Source of the DNA: Octopus vulgaris
Lineage: Eukaryota
DNA: 64,000 bases
Direction: 5' to 3'
Assembly: GCA_951406725.2 (NCBI GenBank)
Contig: OX597832.1
Coordinates: 43,400,001-43,464,000 of the forward strand
Under the pieces are notes generated by a model, which saw nothing but the letters and a program-made list of their open reading frames with translations, did no database searches and was not told the DNA's origin. Both the position numbers and the translations under genes were made by a program. Positions 43,259-58,222 of the stretch are shown here, piece by piece (the stretch's first letter is position 1; every line of letters starts with the position of its first letter).

Positions 43259-43865
43259 TTCCTTTGCTTGCTTACTTACTTATTTATTTAATCTATTTAT
43301 TTCTAGTGCTGAATCTGCAATGAAATAGCTCGTTTCAGACCGGTCGCTTACTTCTAAGTGTCTATAATAGTTCCTTCCCTTGAATCAGATATTTATCATC
43401 AAGAATTATTCCCCTTGCATTGAAAATCTTTTACGACCTTTTACATCGTTCGATTAACAACCAAGTTATAACAATTCCATTTTTCTTTTCTCTCTTTTAT
43501 ATCAATATATTAAAGCATTCCTGAGACAGTATCGATTAATTTGAATCAGATTTAGTTGTTTATTCTCTCTGCTTAGTGTCTTTCCGCACTGTCTATACCT
43601 AACTTGAGGAAACTTTACGTCGGAAGGGAAATTCACAGTGGCACAGAATGTAACTAGGCTGGCCCCAGTGAAATAGAAGTACTACCCCCTTTTTGCTAGC
43701 TGAGTGTACTGGTTCAATGTGAAATTAAGTGTCTTGCTCAAGGACACAACGCCCCCCCCCCCCCATGGGAATCGAACTCACGATCATGAACCGAAGACCC
43801 TAAACACTAAGCCATGCGCCTTGACCTACCATCCTTAAGATATATATTTATCTAATGAATCCATT

Positions 43866-44229
<364 letters not shown>

Positions 44230-44547
44230 GTGAAGGAAACCGACAGAAACACAACATATATAAACATTGAGCCAAATACATAAAATAGTAAATACCGAGG
44301 GGTAAATTGACTGGTGAAGGAGACCAAACAACTAATGAAGGAATATGTTTTGTTTTATTATAAAATTATGTGGAAAATGTAATCAGACCTTTTAATAACA
44401 ATAACTTCATGTTTTATTAAAAAACCAGCTTCGTCACCTTGTTCTCGTGACGTAGGTATGACGTCATGTTGAGTAAACCTTTTTATCGCTGGTCCACCAT
44501 TTTCATTGTCATTGAATATTTTACATTCGCTTTAGTCACACAGTCGC

Positions 44548-44939
44548 TCTTTCACTCTTTTACTTGTTTCAGTCATTTGACTGCGGCCATGCTGGAGCAC
44601 CCTGGGACTTAGTCTTTGTAAGCCTAGTACTTATTCTACCGGTCTCTCTTTTGCCGAACTGCTAGATTATGGGGGACGTAAACACACCAGCATCGGTTGT
44701 CAAGCGATGTTGGGAGGGGGGACAAACACAGACACACAAGCACACACGCACACACACACACACATACATATATACGACGAGCTTCTTTCAGTTTCCGTCT
44801 TCCAAATCCACTCACAAGGCTTTGGTCGGCCCGAAGCTATAGTAGAAGATACTTGCCCACGGTGCCACGCAGTGGGACTGAACCCGGAACCATGTGGTTC
44901 GTAAGCAAGCTACTTACCACACAGCCACTCCTGCGCCTA
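44548..44939 (-). mobile_element. CORE-like SINE, full length
   Basis: Reverse complement of the 36853-37325 family. Confidence 0.85.
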
Positions 44940-45149
44940 CGTTGTTTACGATAAAATATTCAGTGTGAATATATCGAGAACAAAGTATAAGTTCTTGGCG
45001 GAACTTCTGTAAAAAGAGACTCTGTGGCTAACAGCCATGGCCGTCTAATCGGACAACATCAGGATTGGTTTGATGAAAATCAAAAGAAACCCAAGGCCGT
45101 CCTCAACAGGAAATTAAGCTAATAAAGAGTGTCTTCATTGATCTTATCG

Positions 45150-46560
45150 ATGATCATACTGATATTGCTGTTAGTCTGCATAGCAAAGTTCAGTAAACTG
45201 AAATCTAATCATATATACGGCATTCATCAGACATCCAATAAAATATATGGTGGGGAAAGGGAAAGTACCCTAAAAGATAAAAGTATGTAAAGTACGCCCT
45301 ATTCACAGAGAAGGAAGCAGATCTAATGTTGAAAACTACAGGTCTGTTTCTCTCTGACCTCATACATAAGCAAAGTCATGAACCGCATTGTCAGGGGGAA
45401 AAAAACCGCTGATTGTGTTCATAGAAGAAAATGACTCGCTCACTGACACGCACCATGACTTCTATCCAGGAAAGAGGTGACTCACCCGACTGCCACAGCC
45501 TTATGACTTGGTACTGACAAAGCATCTGAGTCTCTAAATGTGGATGTGAATTATCTCGACTTTGCCAAAACCTTCGACAAAGTCGTTCACGAGACGATTT
45601 GTTACAAACTGCGCGACCTAAAAATAGTTTGTAATCTAAGGATACGGCAGAAACGTTAGCACGCCAGGTGAAATGCTTGGCAGTATTTCGTCTGCCGCTA
45701 CGTTCTGAGTTCAAATTCCGCCGAGGTCGACTTTGCCTTTCATCCTTTCGGGGTCGATTAAATAAGTACCAGTTACGCACTGGGGTCGATATAATTGACT
45801 TAACCCGTTTGTCTGTCCTTGTTTGTCCTTCTGTGTTTAGCCCCTTGTGGGTAGTAAAGAAATAGGTATTTCGTCTGTCTTCATGTTCTGAGTTCAAATT
45901 CCGCCGAGGTCGACTTTGCCTTTCATCCTTTCGGGGTCGATTAAATAAGTACCAGTTAAGCACTGGGGTCGATGTAATCGACTTAACCCGTTTGTCTGTC
46001 CTTGTTTGTCCTCTCTGTGTTTATCCCCTTGTGGGTAGTAAAGAAATAGGTATTTCGTCTGCCGCTACGTTCTGTGTTCAAATTCCGCCGAGGTCGACTT
46101 TGCCTTTCATCCTTTCGGGGTCGATTAAATAAGTACCAGTTACGCACTGGGGTCGATGTAATCGACTTAACCCGTTTGTCTGTCCTTGTTTGTCCCCTCT
46201 GTGTTTAGCCCCTTGTGGGTAGTAAAGAAATAGGTATTTCGTCTGCCGCTACGTTCTGTGTTCAAATTCCGCCGAGGTCGGCTTTGCCTTTCATCCTTTC
46301 GGGGTCGATAAATTAAGTACCAGTTACGCACTGGGGTCGATGTAATCGACTTAATACTTATGTCTGTCCTTGTTTGTCTCCTCTGTGTTTAGCCCCTTGT
46401 GGGTAGTAAAGAAATAGGTATGGCTGTATGACTTTTTAAAAGGAGGTGTCATACAGTTTCAGCCAACGGTGCCCTCTCAAAGAAAACGTCATTCGTTAGG
46501 GAGTCCCTCAAAGAAACGTACTGGGACAGCTACTGTTTGTTGTGATTCTCCCAGGGATGC
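45150..46560 (+). mobile_element. Decayed CR1/L2/Jockey-clade LINE RT fragment, split by a SINE array
   Basis: PIHREGSRSNVENYRSVSL, YLDFAKTFDKV, WLYDFL and GVPQ..VLGQLLF motifs on both sides of 45645-46420. Confidence 0.75.
45645..46420 (+). repeat. Tandem array of four ~184-bp SINE units behind one truncated head
   Basis: GTATTTCG recurs at 45683, 45866, 46050 and 46234, and the array ends at 46418-46420. Period 183-184 bp. Confidence 0.92.
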
Positions 46561-46683
46561 ATGCCCCCCAGTCATACAGTTGGCGATTTGAAGCCTTTGG
46601 CTTGCATCTTATATGGACTTTCCTTTCTCAGAGAATTATATGTTTGTTTGTCTTGGTCTTTCTTTTGAGACATATTTAATACA

Positions 46684-46860
46684 TCTCTTATATAAAATCC
46701 GTTCTGTCTGTCTGTGTGTGTGTCTGTCTTCTAGGATCTCGGGCATCCTCCATCTGATTGCGCTCAAATTTGATATGTAGATACCGACGGTATCAGGGCG
46801 TGTATAAGTCTGGAAAAAATTACAAAACTCGATTCCAGGTGAGAATGCAATCGATAAAGC
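46684..46860 (+). mobile_element. 5' part of a Helitron-like repeat
   Basis: A|TC start, TATATAAAA, (CTGT)n, GATTGCGCTCAAATTTG. The last 45 bp are shared with 1-45. Confidence 0.5.
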
Positions 46861-46904
46861 AGTTTTTCTTTGGAATAGGAAAAAAGTCTATACTTTACTT
46901 ACTT

Positions 46905-47301
46905 TTTTTTACTTTTTTATTTGTTTCAGTCTGCGGCCATGCTGGAGCACCGCCTTTAATCGAGCAACTCAACCCCGGGACTTATTCATTGTAAGCCCAG
47001 TACTTATTCTATCGGTCTCTTTTGCCGAACCGCTAAGTAACGGGGACATAAACACACCAGCATCGGTTGTCAAGCAATGCTAGGGGGACAAACACAAACA
47101 TACACGCACACACACATATATATATATACATATATACGACGGGCTTCTTTCAGTTTCCGTCTACCAAATCCACTTACAAGGCTTTGGTTGGCCCGTGGCT
47201 ATAGTAGAAGACACTTGCCCAAGGTGCCACGCAGTGGGATTGAACCCGAAACTATGTGGTTGGTAAACAAGCTACTTACCACACAGCCACTCCTGCGCCT
47301 A
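46905..47301 (-). mobile_element. CORE-like SINE, full length
   Basis: Reverse complement of the 36853-37325 family. Confidence 0.85.
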
Positions 47302-47934
47302 TCATTATTTCTTGTTTTGCTGGTGACTCAAATTTAGGTTAAATCAGTGTATCTCAAAGGGGGAGGCCTATGGGACAGTCGGACAAGTCGTTTTGAGAGA
47401 ATTTGGTTTAAATGTTTGACAACTCAGCACCGTCCATTGGACGCGGTGGAGGGGCGTTTTGCTCGTATTTAATACTGAAGTTACTTTGTTACGCCAACAG
47501 TAACCAATACATGCTAGTCTGTGCTTTTCGTATTGTCTCTATGATATATGGGATGTTTTGATATAGTTCTTTGTTACTCATTTGTCGATGCCGTGAGACA
47601 GTGATAACGGAGGAAAAATGAAACAAAGTAGAAAACTACAAACAACTTCAAAGATATATCTCTAAATCCAGGAGTGATAAGGAAATCAGGAGTAATAACG
47701 CCGTGCAGAGCATTTAACTGTTTGGATAAGATATGAGCGTTTAATCCTCCGCGAAAAACCAAAATAGACCTCTCCAGAGTTGCAGCTGATTCGGTTTTAG
47801 CTACGGTTCGATTGCGAGAATATTTGCAGCACCCAGGGAGAAAACTCTAAATGGCACGTAGACCAGAATGCGTTGTACTTTTCTATATCTGTACACACAC
47901 ACACACACGCATACATATATGCACATACAAGTAT

Positions 47935-47984
<50 letters not shown>

Positions 47985-48121
47985 TAAGATTTCATTTAAG
48001 CATAGCGTTATTAATAATAACCTGGTGTCAGATCTCAATGCACACATGCTACAGAAGAAAGCATTAATTGAGTATGGAGCGTAAGGAAATTACATGACAA
48101 GGGAACAGGAATTATATATAT

Positions 48122-48230
<109 letters not shown>

Positions 48231-48259
48231 AGCACACACACGCATAAATACACACAGAC

Positions 48260-48456
<197 letters not shown>

Positions 48457-48607
48457 ACACAAACACACACACAGACACATGCAAATATATATATATTTAT
48501 ATATATACAAACACACATGCGCACACATATACACACACACACACAAATATATATACATATACACACACACACACAAATATATCTGTTTATACACACACGT
48601 ATATATG

Positions 48608-48703
<96 letters not shown>

Positions 48704-49426
48704 AGCATCTCATCCACATTTACACATACGCGCTCTCGCACATACACACACAAATACATATACATACACATCTACATTCAAGCACTCACACACGCACACA
48801 TACGCACTCATACACACTACCATCTCATCCACACTCACACACACACACACACACACACACACTCTCACACACACACACACACACACACTTATACACTCTT
48901 ACTCCTACACTGTCATCTCATTCACATTCACATCTGCACATATTCCCAACATTGTCCACCTACACTCACACACACACACACTCACACACACACACTCACA
49001 CACACACACACACATTCACACACACAGACTTATTCATTCATACGCGAGCACACACTCACAAACGTGCACTCGCACACACTCGCTGAACTCGCACTCACGC
49101 GCACTCACTAACACTAACACACACTCATTCACAACCACATACACACTCACTCATACGCACACACACACACACAGACTTATTCATTCATACGCGCGCGCGC
49201 ACTCACAAACTCGTACTCGCACTCACGCACACTCACTAAGACACACTCATTCACAACATTCACAACACACACACACACACACTCACTCATACACACACAC
49301 ACATTCACACACACAGACTTATTCGTTCATACGCGAGCACACACTCACAAACTCACACTCGCTAAACTTGCACTCACGCACACTCACTAACACACTAACA
49401 CACACTCATTCACAACCACACACACT

Positions 49427-49467
<41 letters not shown>

Positions 49468-49874
49468 TCACTCTCACACTAACTCATTCACACATCTCAA
49501 CATACAAACAGTACATATTTCTCAAGTCAAAATTTCCCCTCACAACAACCAGCAGCAGCAGACGCGGTCCAGTCCACAATAATTAAAAAACCTTTTCCAT
49601 AGACATCTAAACATCACTGACTAACCAACAGCAAAATCACTTTAGGCTCCTCTACTGACCACATTTGATCAATTCCACACACAAAAACCTTCCTCTTCTG
49701 ACCGCACTTCACCTTCCTTTTCCATAGACATGAATACCTTACTATGCCATACCGGACCATTTCCAGAAGCATGAAGCTTCTATACTGACCATACCTGACA
49801 AAATTCTGTTCTGGAATTCTTCTACATTGACCTCACCTGAACGATTCCGCGGACTTTTTTAACGGCATCTAAGG

Positions 49875-49983
49875 ATGCTCAAATTTCGTGCTTTGACCAG
49901 GAACTGGTTAATTAAACGAATCCAGGCAAACAATCTACTATATGGGCTTTTCCTCATTATTTTCATACTATTCCTCATTCAAG
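49875..49983 (+). CDS. Coding exon 1 of the carbohydrate sulfotransferase: basic cytosolic tail plus type II signal anchor
   Basis: MLKFRALTRNWLIKRIQANNLLYGLFLIIFILFLIQ, then a perfect AAG|GTAAGA donor (phase 1). This topology is typical of Golgi sulfotransferases. Confidence 0.8.
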
Positions 49984-49992
49984 GTAAGACAA

Positions 49993-50292
49993 TCTTTGTA
50001 TATAAAAGTCAAGTTGTGTGTCTCGTCTCCTACGATTTAGATTCCTAACTACTCCCACATTTTGCGGTGCAGTGTAACCAAAACCGGGTATCTTATAGTC
50101 GTGATTCATATCGAGCCCTTCTGGGTATTAGCGCGCGTCTACGATGAGTCTACGATTTAAAAAAAAAATTACCATCATTTTTTTTTCCATTTTTTATGCA
50201 TTTTTTTTGCTATTTTTTGGCTATAACTCTCTAAAAATGTTTATATAGTTATTTCCCTTACAAACCCGAACAACCCCGGGCGATACTGCTAG
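49993..50292 (+). mobile_element. Non-autonomous Helitron
   Basis: A|TC...CTAG|T ends with hairpin CCCGAACAACCCCGGG. The 3' ~130 bp are shared with 2411-2799. Confidence 0.8.
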
Positions 50293-50539
50293 TTATGTAT
50301 ATATATAAATATATATGTTTTTGGATTTGGTTTGCAAGATTCTTTATATGAGTTGGTGTGTTGAAGCATATTCTGTTGTGTCCGGGGAGAGTCATTTTCT
50401 TTTTGTCCCTTATAATGTAACACACTCACTTTATAATTTAACACTTTCCACTTATTTCTTATTTTTATTTTCCTAAAATTTTCGTTGCGTCTTGCAACCT
50501 TTTCAATATATATGCATATATACATATACACGACTATTG

Positions 50540-50679
<140 letters not shown>

Positions 50680-51063
50680 CATATATACATATTCTTTTAT
50701 TCTTTTACTTGTTTCAGTCATTTGACTGTGGCCATGCTGGAGCACCGCCTTTAGTCGAGCAACTCGACCCTGGGACTTATTCTTTTTTGTAAGCCCAGTA
50801 CTTATTCTATCGGTCTCTTTTTGCCGAACCGCTAATATATATATATACATATGTAGCCTTTTATCTTTTATTTGTTTCAGTCTTTAGACTACGGCCATGC
50901 TGGAGTCCCACCTTGAAATGTTTAGTCGAACAAATCGAACCAAGCACTTTTTTTTCCTTTTTTCTTTTTGAGTTTGCTACTTATTCTATCGTATTTTTTT
51001 GCCGAACTGCTAAGTTTAGGAGCGTAAATTCACCAACACCGGTTATCAAGCAGTGATGGAGGA

Positions 51064-51105
<42 letters not shown>

Positions 51106-51369
51106 ACACATATGCATATATTCTATTCTAGGCACAAGGCCCGAAATTTTGGGGAAATGCGGGGGAGGGGGGCAGTCGATTACATCGACCCTTGTACGCA
51201 ACTGGTATTTAATTTATCGACCCCTAAAGGATGAAAGGCAAAGTCGATCTCGGCGGAATTTGAACTCAGAACGTAACGACACACGAAATACCACAAAGCA
51301 TTTCACCCGGCGTGCTAACGTTTCTGCCAGCTCACCGCCTTCCAATATCTGTGTGTATAGCTCGCCGCC

Positions 51370-51425
<56 letters not shown>

Positions 51426-51574
51426 ACGACGAGCTTCTTTCAGTTTCCTCCTATCATATCTACTCACAGGTCTTTGATCGCCCCGAGGGTATAGTAGAAG
51501 ACACTTGCCAAAGGTGCCATGCAGTGGGACTGAACCCGGAGCCATGTGGTTGGGAAGGGCAAATTTCATATGTG

Positions 51575-52060
51575 AGTATGTATGTATATGTATGTATGTA
51601 TGTATGTATGCATGTATGTATGTATGTATGTATGTATGTATGTATGTATGTATGTATGCATGTATGTATGTATGCATGTATGTATGTATGTATGTATGTA
51701 TGTATGTATGTATGCATGTATGTATGTATGTATGTATGTATGCATGTATGTATGTATGTATGTATGTATGTGTGTATGTATGTGTATGTATGTATGTATG
51801 CATGTATGTATGTATGTATGTATGTATGTATGTATATATGCATGCATGTATGTGTGTATGTATGTATGTATGTTTGTTTGTATGTATGTATGTATGTATG
51901 TATGTATGTATGTATGTATATATGTGTGTATGTATATATGTGTGTATGTATGTATGTATGTATGTATGTATGTATGTATGTATGTATGTATGTATATATG
52001 TGTGTATGTATATATGTACACATGTATGTATGTATGTATGTATGTATGTATGTATGTATG

Positions 52061-52094
<34 letters not shown>

Positions 52095-52300
52095 TATATG
52101 TGTGTATGTATATATGTGTGTATGTATGTATGTATGCATGTATGTATGTATGTATATATGTGTGTATGTATATATGTGTGTATGTATGTATGTATGTATG
52201 TATGTATGCATGTATGTATGTATGTATATATGTGTGTATGTATATATGTGTGTATGTATATATGTATGCATGTATGTATGTATGTATGTATGTATGTATG

Positions 52301-52334
<34 letters not shown>

Positions 52335-52453
52335 TGTATGTATGTATATATGTGTGTATGTATATATGTGTGTATGTATGTATGTATGTATGTATGTATG
52401 TATATATGTATGTATGTATGTATGTATATATGTGTGTATGTATATATGTATGC

Positions 52454-52486
<33 letters not shown>

Positions 52487-52970
52487 TGTATGTATGTGTG
52501 TATGTATATATGTGTGTATGTATGTATGTATGCATGTATGTATGCATGTATGTATGTATGTATGTGTGTGTGTATGTATGTGTGTATGTATGTATGTATG
52601 TATGTACGTATGTATGTATGTATGTATGTATGTATGTATGTATGTATGTATGATTGTACGTACGTATGTATGTATGTATGTATGTATGTACGTACGTATG
52701 TATGTATGTATGTATGTATGTATGCATGTACGTACGTACGTACGTATGTATGTATGTATGTATGTATGTATGTATGCATGTATGCATGTATGTATGTATG
52801 CATGTATGTATGTATGTATGTATGTATGTAAGCATGCATGTATGCATCTATGTATGTATGTATGTATGTATGTATGTATGTATGTATGTATGCATGTATG
52901 TATGTATGTGTGTATGTATGTATGTATGTTTGTTTGTATGTATGTATGTATGTATGCATGTATGTATGCA
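51575..52970. repeat. (GTAT)n microsatellite
   Basis: Directly visible. Confidence 0.95.
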
Positions 52971-54219
52971 TACGGACTCACCTCACTTTTCTCGCTCGAC
53001 AATGTATAAATCTCCGATAATTGTTTATTTTAACGTTTATGAATTTGTTTCGTAAGATTCCTGGTATAAAATCGTTGTATTTCGAGATGGTCAATTTTTT
53101 TTTTTTTTTTTTTTTTTGGCAAGAAAAAAAAATGACCATTCCGAAATATAACAACATATTTATTTTAACTTTTATTTTGACATAATTTTTCTATACAGGA
53201 ACACCTCAACCCAAATGGTTTTGATTTACCTCTTTTCGACCATACTTCGTTTCTTCCTTTTTTTTTTTTTCTTTATCTCTCTTTTACTCTCTTTTACTTG
53301 TTTCAGTCATTTGACTGCGGCCATGCTGGAGCACCACCTTTAATCGTGCAACTCTACCCCGGGACTTATTCTTTTTTGTAAGCCCAGTACTTATTCCATC
53401 GGTCTCTTTTTGCCGAACCGCTAAGTGACGGGGGACATAAACACACCAGCATGTGTGTTTTGTTTTCTTTTCTTAAGAAATAAACCTCTGCGTCTGTTGA
53501 TTTATCCATATTCGACTTTACGTCGGTCTCGTCGAACGTATATAAAAACATGGGGTTTTAAAAAAAAACGCCTAAAACCAAATCTGAAGTTGAAAATCAA
53601 ATAAAATGCAAATAAAAATATATACAATCCATTTATCAAAACGATATAAATCAATGATTCGCAACCATTTTTTTTTTTTTTTTTTAACCTATGCGCAGGA
53701 GTGGCTGTGTGGTAAGTAGCTTGCTTACCAACCACATGGTTCCGGATTCAGTCCCACTGCGTGGCACCTTGGACAAGTGTCTTCTTCTATAGCCTCGGGT
53801 GGACCAAAGCCTTGTGAGTGGATTTTCACTAAGAAAAAAAATTGGATTTTTTGGGTGGAATCAAGTACCCTGACCTCCTAATATGCTGCAAATCCCTTCT
53901 TTATGTTCGGGAAAGGGGAGAGGCGAGGGGAATCCCCTACTTCATCTCGGAATCATTGAACTTTTTTTTTTTGTTTCGTTGAATAAATTCTTGTGACCTC
54001 CTAATATGCTACCAAACCCTTTTTGGGTCCGAAAAATGGAGTGGGGCGAGATGGAAGCCTCGGAAATTTCACCCCCATTGATCTTTTCACCTGCACGATT
54101 TTCACTAAGGAAAAAAAATCGGATTTTTTTTCTTAGTGAAAATCGTGCGGATGTTACTCTAAAAATTTACCAAAAAAAAAAAGCCATATTTGTTTGCTTT
54201 GTACCAATTTTTGATCCAG

Positions 54220-54272
54220 TCGGAATTTTGCAATTTCTTCCACCAGCATCCCAGGATTACTACTCTACGGAG
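54220..54272 (+). CDS. Coding exon 2 (53 nt) of the carbohydrate sulfotransferase: (V)GILQFLPPASQDYYSTE
   Basis: Pyrimidine-rich CCAG| acceptor and GAG|GTATGC donor. Phase 1 to phase 0 exactly bridges exon 1 (phase 1) and exon 3 (phase 0). It extends the TM helix into a stem region. Confidence 0.72.
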
Positions 54273-54452
54273 GTATGCAATTTATTGACTGGGGACAAGG
54301 GAGAAATTACTATAAATCTAATTGATTACTTTTAAAACTTGTTTTAATTTTAAATTGAATTAAAATTAATTTTAATTTATTGTGGATTTATTGTATTTTT
54401 TTAAGAATGTCTTCTGTTAAATATTGTCTGTCACTATCGAAATGTGATACTT

Positions 54453-54684
54453 ATTTCTTTACTACCCACAAGGGGCTAAACACAGAGAGGACAAACAAGG
54501 ACAGACAAACGGATTAAGTCGATTATATCGACCCCAGTGTGTAACTGGTACTTAATTTATCGACCCCGAAAGGATAAAAGGCAAAGTCGACCTCGGCGGA
54601 ATTTGAACTCAGAACGTATCAGCAGACGAAATACTGCTACGCATTTCGCCCGGCATCTTAACGATTCTGCCAGCTCACCGCCTT
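54453..54684 (-). mobile_element. Full-length 184-bp-family SINE monomer
   Basis: 16-bp TSD TCGAAATGTGATACTT at 54437-54452 and 54685-54700. Confidence 0.9.
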
Positions 54685-55187
54685 TCGAAATGTGATACTT
54701 CTTGGTGGTACATAAGTTACACCAGTATGTGACTTTTGCGAGTAGTATCACTTTTATATGGACACCGCATTTTTTGGCGCTGTAATGGTTTCCTCTACTT
54801 TTGAGTTTCCAGATGTATTAGAGAGAGATGTTGAACTGGTTCTGTCTCTATTTCTGTGTTAGAAGTTTTAAAAGCATCCACTGCAAGCCTTTTACAGACC
54901 GTTTCAATAATGTCTGCTGTTGTGACTATGGCTTTATAGACAGGTTTTATCAGTGGGTTGTTATTGTAGGAAGCAAAGAAGGCGTAATGGTGTAGGCGCG
55001 TTTCTTTAATGTACGTGTTATTACTGTGTTTTGGTGCTGTTCAAGGATATTGGTTGTCATGTTTTCATTGAAGAAAGCTTAAAGAAGTGTACGTGTGTAG
55101 TATGTGTATTGCGTGTGCGTGTGCGCGTGTGTGTATTTATGTATGTGTGTGTACATGCATGTATGTATATTTATATATACATATATA

Positions 55188-55235
<48 letters not shown>

Positions 55236-55347
55236 TATATATACGCATATATATATATATACACTTACCATGAAATGGTCTTTTTCATACCGAATTCTAC
55301 TTGGTGAAATTACTGATTACTTCTTAATTAATTAATTTTACCCTTTG

Positions 55348-55395
<48 letters not shown>

Positions 55396-55477
55396 ATATA
55401 TACATGCATATGTACATACAAACATGCACACAAATTTATGTATCTACGTGTCTGTATGTATGTGCTTGTGTGAGTGT

Positions 55478-55603
<126 letters not shown>

Positions 55604-56035
55604 GCATATTTATATATGTGTGTGTATGTATGTATGTATGTATGTATGTATGTATGTATGTATGTATGTATGTATGTATGTATGTATGTATGTATGTATG
55701 TGTTTGTGTGTATGTATACATATGTATATGCAGGAATGGGTGTGAGTGAAAAGTTCACGATGTTTCTGCTTCAACCGGTGCTGCGCGGCGGTACTTTGTC
55801 TAAGTGCTTTCTTCTATTGTTTAGTGTCAAACAAAGCGTTGTGAATGATACGTGATTGACGGAGACTATGTAGAACACTCCCCCAGAGTTATGGTTCTTG
55901 GTTTGGGACGGTAGACGTAATCAGTTGCGCTGTTTAACACCACCACTCGACCGACCTAAGGGGGTACCTTTAGCAGGGTCCACTCCATTGCCAGCATTCG
56001 AGTCATGTCTCCGGCCTAAGGATAACTTTGTCCAT

Positions 56036-56216
56036 TCCTTCTCTTTCACTTGTTTCAGGCATTTGACTGCGGCCATGCTGGAGCACCGCCTTTAGTCGAG
56101 CAAATCGACCCCAGGACTTATTCTTTGTAAGCCCAGTACTTATTTTATGGGTGTCTATGGCTAAGTTACGGGGAAGTAAACACACCATCATCGGTTGTCA
56201 AGCGATGATGGGGGGA

Positions 56217-56250
<34 letters not shown>

Positions 56251-56425
56251 TATATATATATATATATATATATATACGACGAGCTTCTTTCAGTTTCCGT
56301 CCACCAAATCCACTCACAAGGTTTTGGTCGACCCGAGGCTATAGTAGAAGACACTTGCCCAAGGTGTCACGCAGTGGAAATGAACCCGGAACCATGTGAT
56401 TGGTGAGCATGCTACTTACCACACT
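56036..56425 (-). mobile_element. CORE-like SINE
   Basis: Reverse complement of the 36853-37325 family. Confidence 0.8.
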
Positions 56426-57699
56426 CCACACCTGTATGTATACATATGTGTATATATACCCCTCACACCTCTACGATGTCTTGTATCTGTATTTTCCATA
56501 TATGAGTGTGTACATGTATGCATGTAGGAGTTATGTACGCACCACCTGTTCTACATCTTGTATCAATATTTTGTAACAATATATGTTTGTACGTGTGTCT
56601 GTATGTACGTATGCATGTATATGTGCGTGTAGGTAGATAGGAAGGTATGTAGGTAGGTAAGTAGGTGTGTATATATGTATGTACGAATGTATGTGCGTGT
56701 GTATGTATGTATGTATGTATGTATGCATGTATGTATGTATGTATGTATGTATGTATGTATGCATGTATGTATGTATGTATGTATGTATGCATGTGCATAT
56801 GTATGTACTATGTATGCATGTATATATATGCATGTGTATGTATACATGTGTACACGTATACATGTGTGTATGCATGTATGTATGTATGTATGTATGTATG
56901 TATGTATGTATGTATGTATCCGTGTGTATATATACAGAAGTGTTTTTTGATGTTTGTATGTTTGCATGTATGGGGATATGTGTGTATATATATATGTATG
57001 GATGTATGTACATTTATATGTATTTGCATATATGCATGTGTGAATATATATGTACGTATGTATGTATGCATGTACGTGTATGTATGTATGTCTGTATGTA
57101 CGTGTTTGTGTGTATGTATGCCTGTATGTATGTATGTATGTATGTATGTATGTTTTAGGATATATGTGTATATATATGTATGGATGGATGTACATGTATG
57201 TGTATGCATGTATGCATATATGCATGTGTGAATATATATGTACGTATGTGTGTATGTATGTACGTGTATGTATGTATGTATGTATTTACGTATGTCTGTG
57301 TACGTGTGTGTGTATGTATGTATGTATGTATGTATGTATGTATGTATGTATGTATGTATGTATGTTCGTGTGTATGTATGTATGCTTGTATGTATATATG
57401 TACGTACGTACGAATGCATACATGTATGTATGTTTGTGTGATTGAGTACGTGTGTGTATATGAGGTGTATACCATTCTCATCGTCTTTACAATGTCTTGT
57501 ACCAGAATTCTCCAGTTAGTTGCAACAACAACAACACCAACAACAACATGTAAATCAGGTTGTCCAACGTATTAATACTTCCGGTTGGTCACTAAAAGAT
57601 ACCAAGTATTAAAGCTAATATTGTTACTACATTATTTTCTCTTTCTCTCCATTCTCTATTTTCTCATTCCCTTCCTTCTCTATCTACTTGTATCTAACT

Positions 57700-58085
57700 T
57701 TTTCTACTCTAGGTACAAGGCCCGAAATTTTTGGGGCGGGGGGCCAGTCGATTAGATCGACCCCAGTACACAACTGGTACTTATTTAATCGACCCCGAAA
57801 GGATGAAAGGCAAAATCGACCTCGGCGGAATTTAAACTCAGAACGTGAAGACGGACGAAATACCTATTTTTTTACTACCCACAAGGGGCTAAACACAGAG
57901 GGGACAAACAAGGACAGACATAGGTATTAAGTCGATTACATCGACCCCAGTGCGTAACTGGTACTTAATTTATCGACTCCGAAAGGGTGAAAGGCAAAGT
58001 CGACCTCGGCGGAATTTGAACTCAGAACATAAAGAGAGGCGACATACCGCTAGGCATTTTGCCAGGTGTGCTAACGTTTCTGCCT
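57700..58085 (-). mobile_element. 184-bp-family SINE dimer
   Basis: Two consecutive units; the distal one has the alternative GGGCCTTGTACCTAG-type 3' end. Confidence 0.75.
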
Positions 58086-58177
58086 ATCTCTTACTACATA
58101 TACCTCCATCTGTATCTCTCTGTATATCACTGTCTCTTCCTTAATAATTATCGTACTCTCTCTCTCTCTCTCTCACA

Positions 58178-58222
<45 letters not shown>

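Noticed and set aside
44430-44466. CRE cluster (TGACGTCA plus half sites) as a promoter
   Set aside because: It lies 5.4 kb from the nearest coding exon with no TSS evidence. Short motifs alone are insufficient.
45645-46420. CRISPR-like array
   Set aside because: The units are wholly repeated with no unique spacers, are SINE-derived, and lie in a eukaryotic context with no cas genes.
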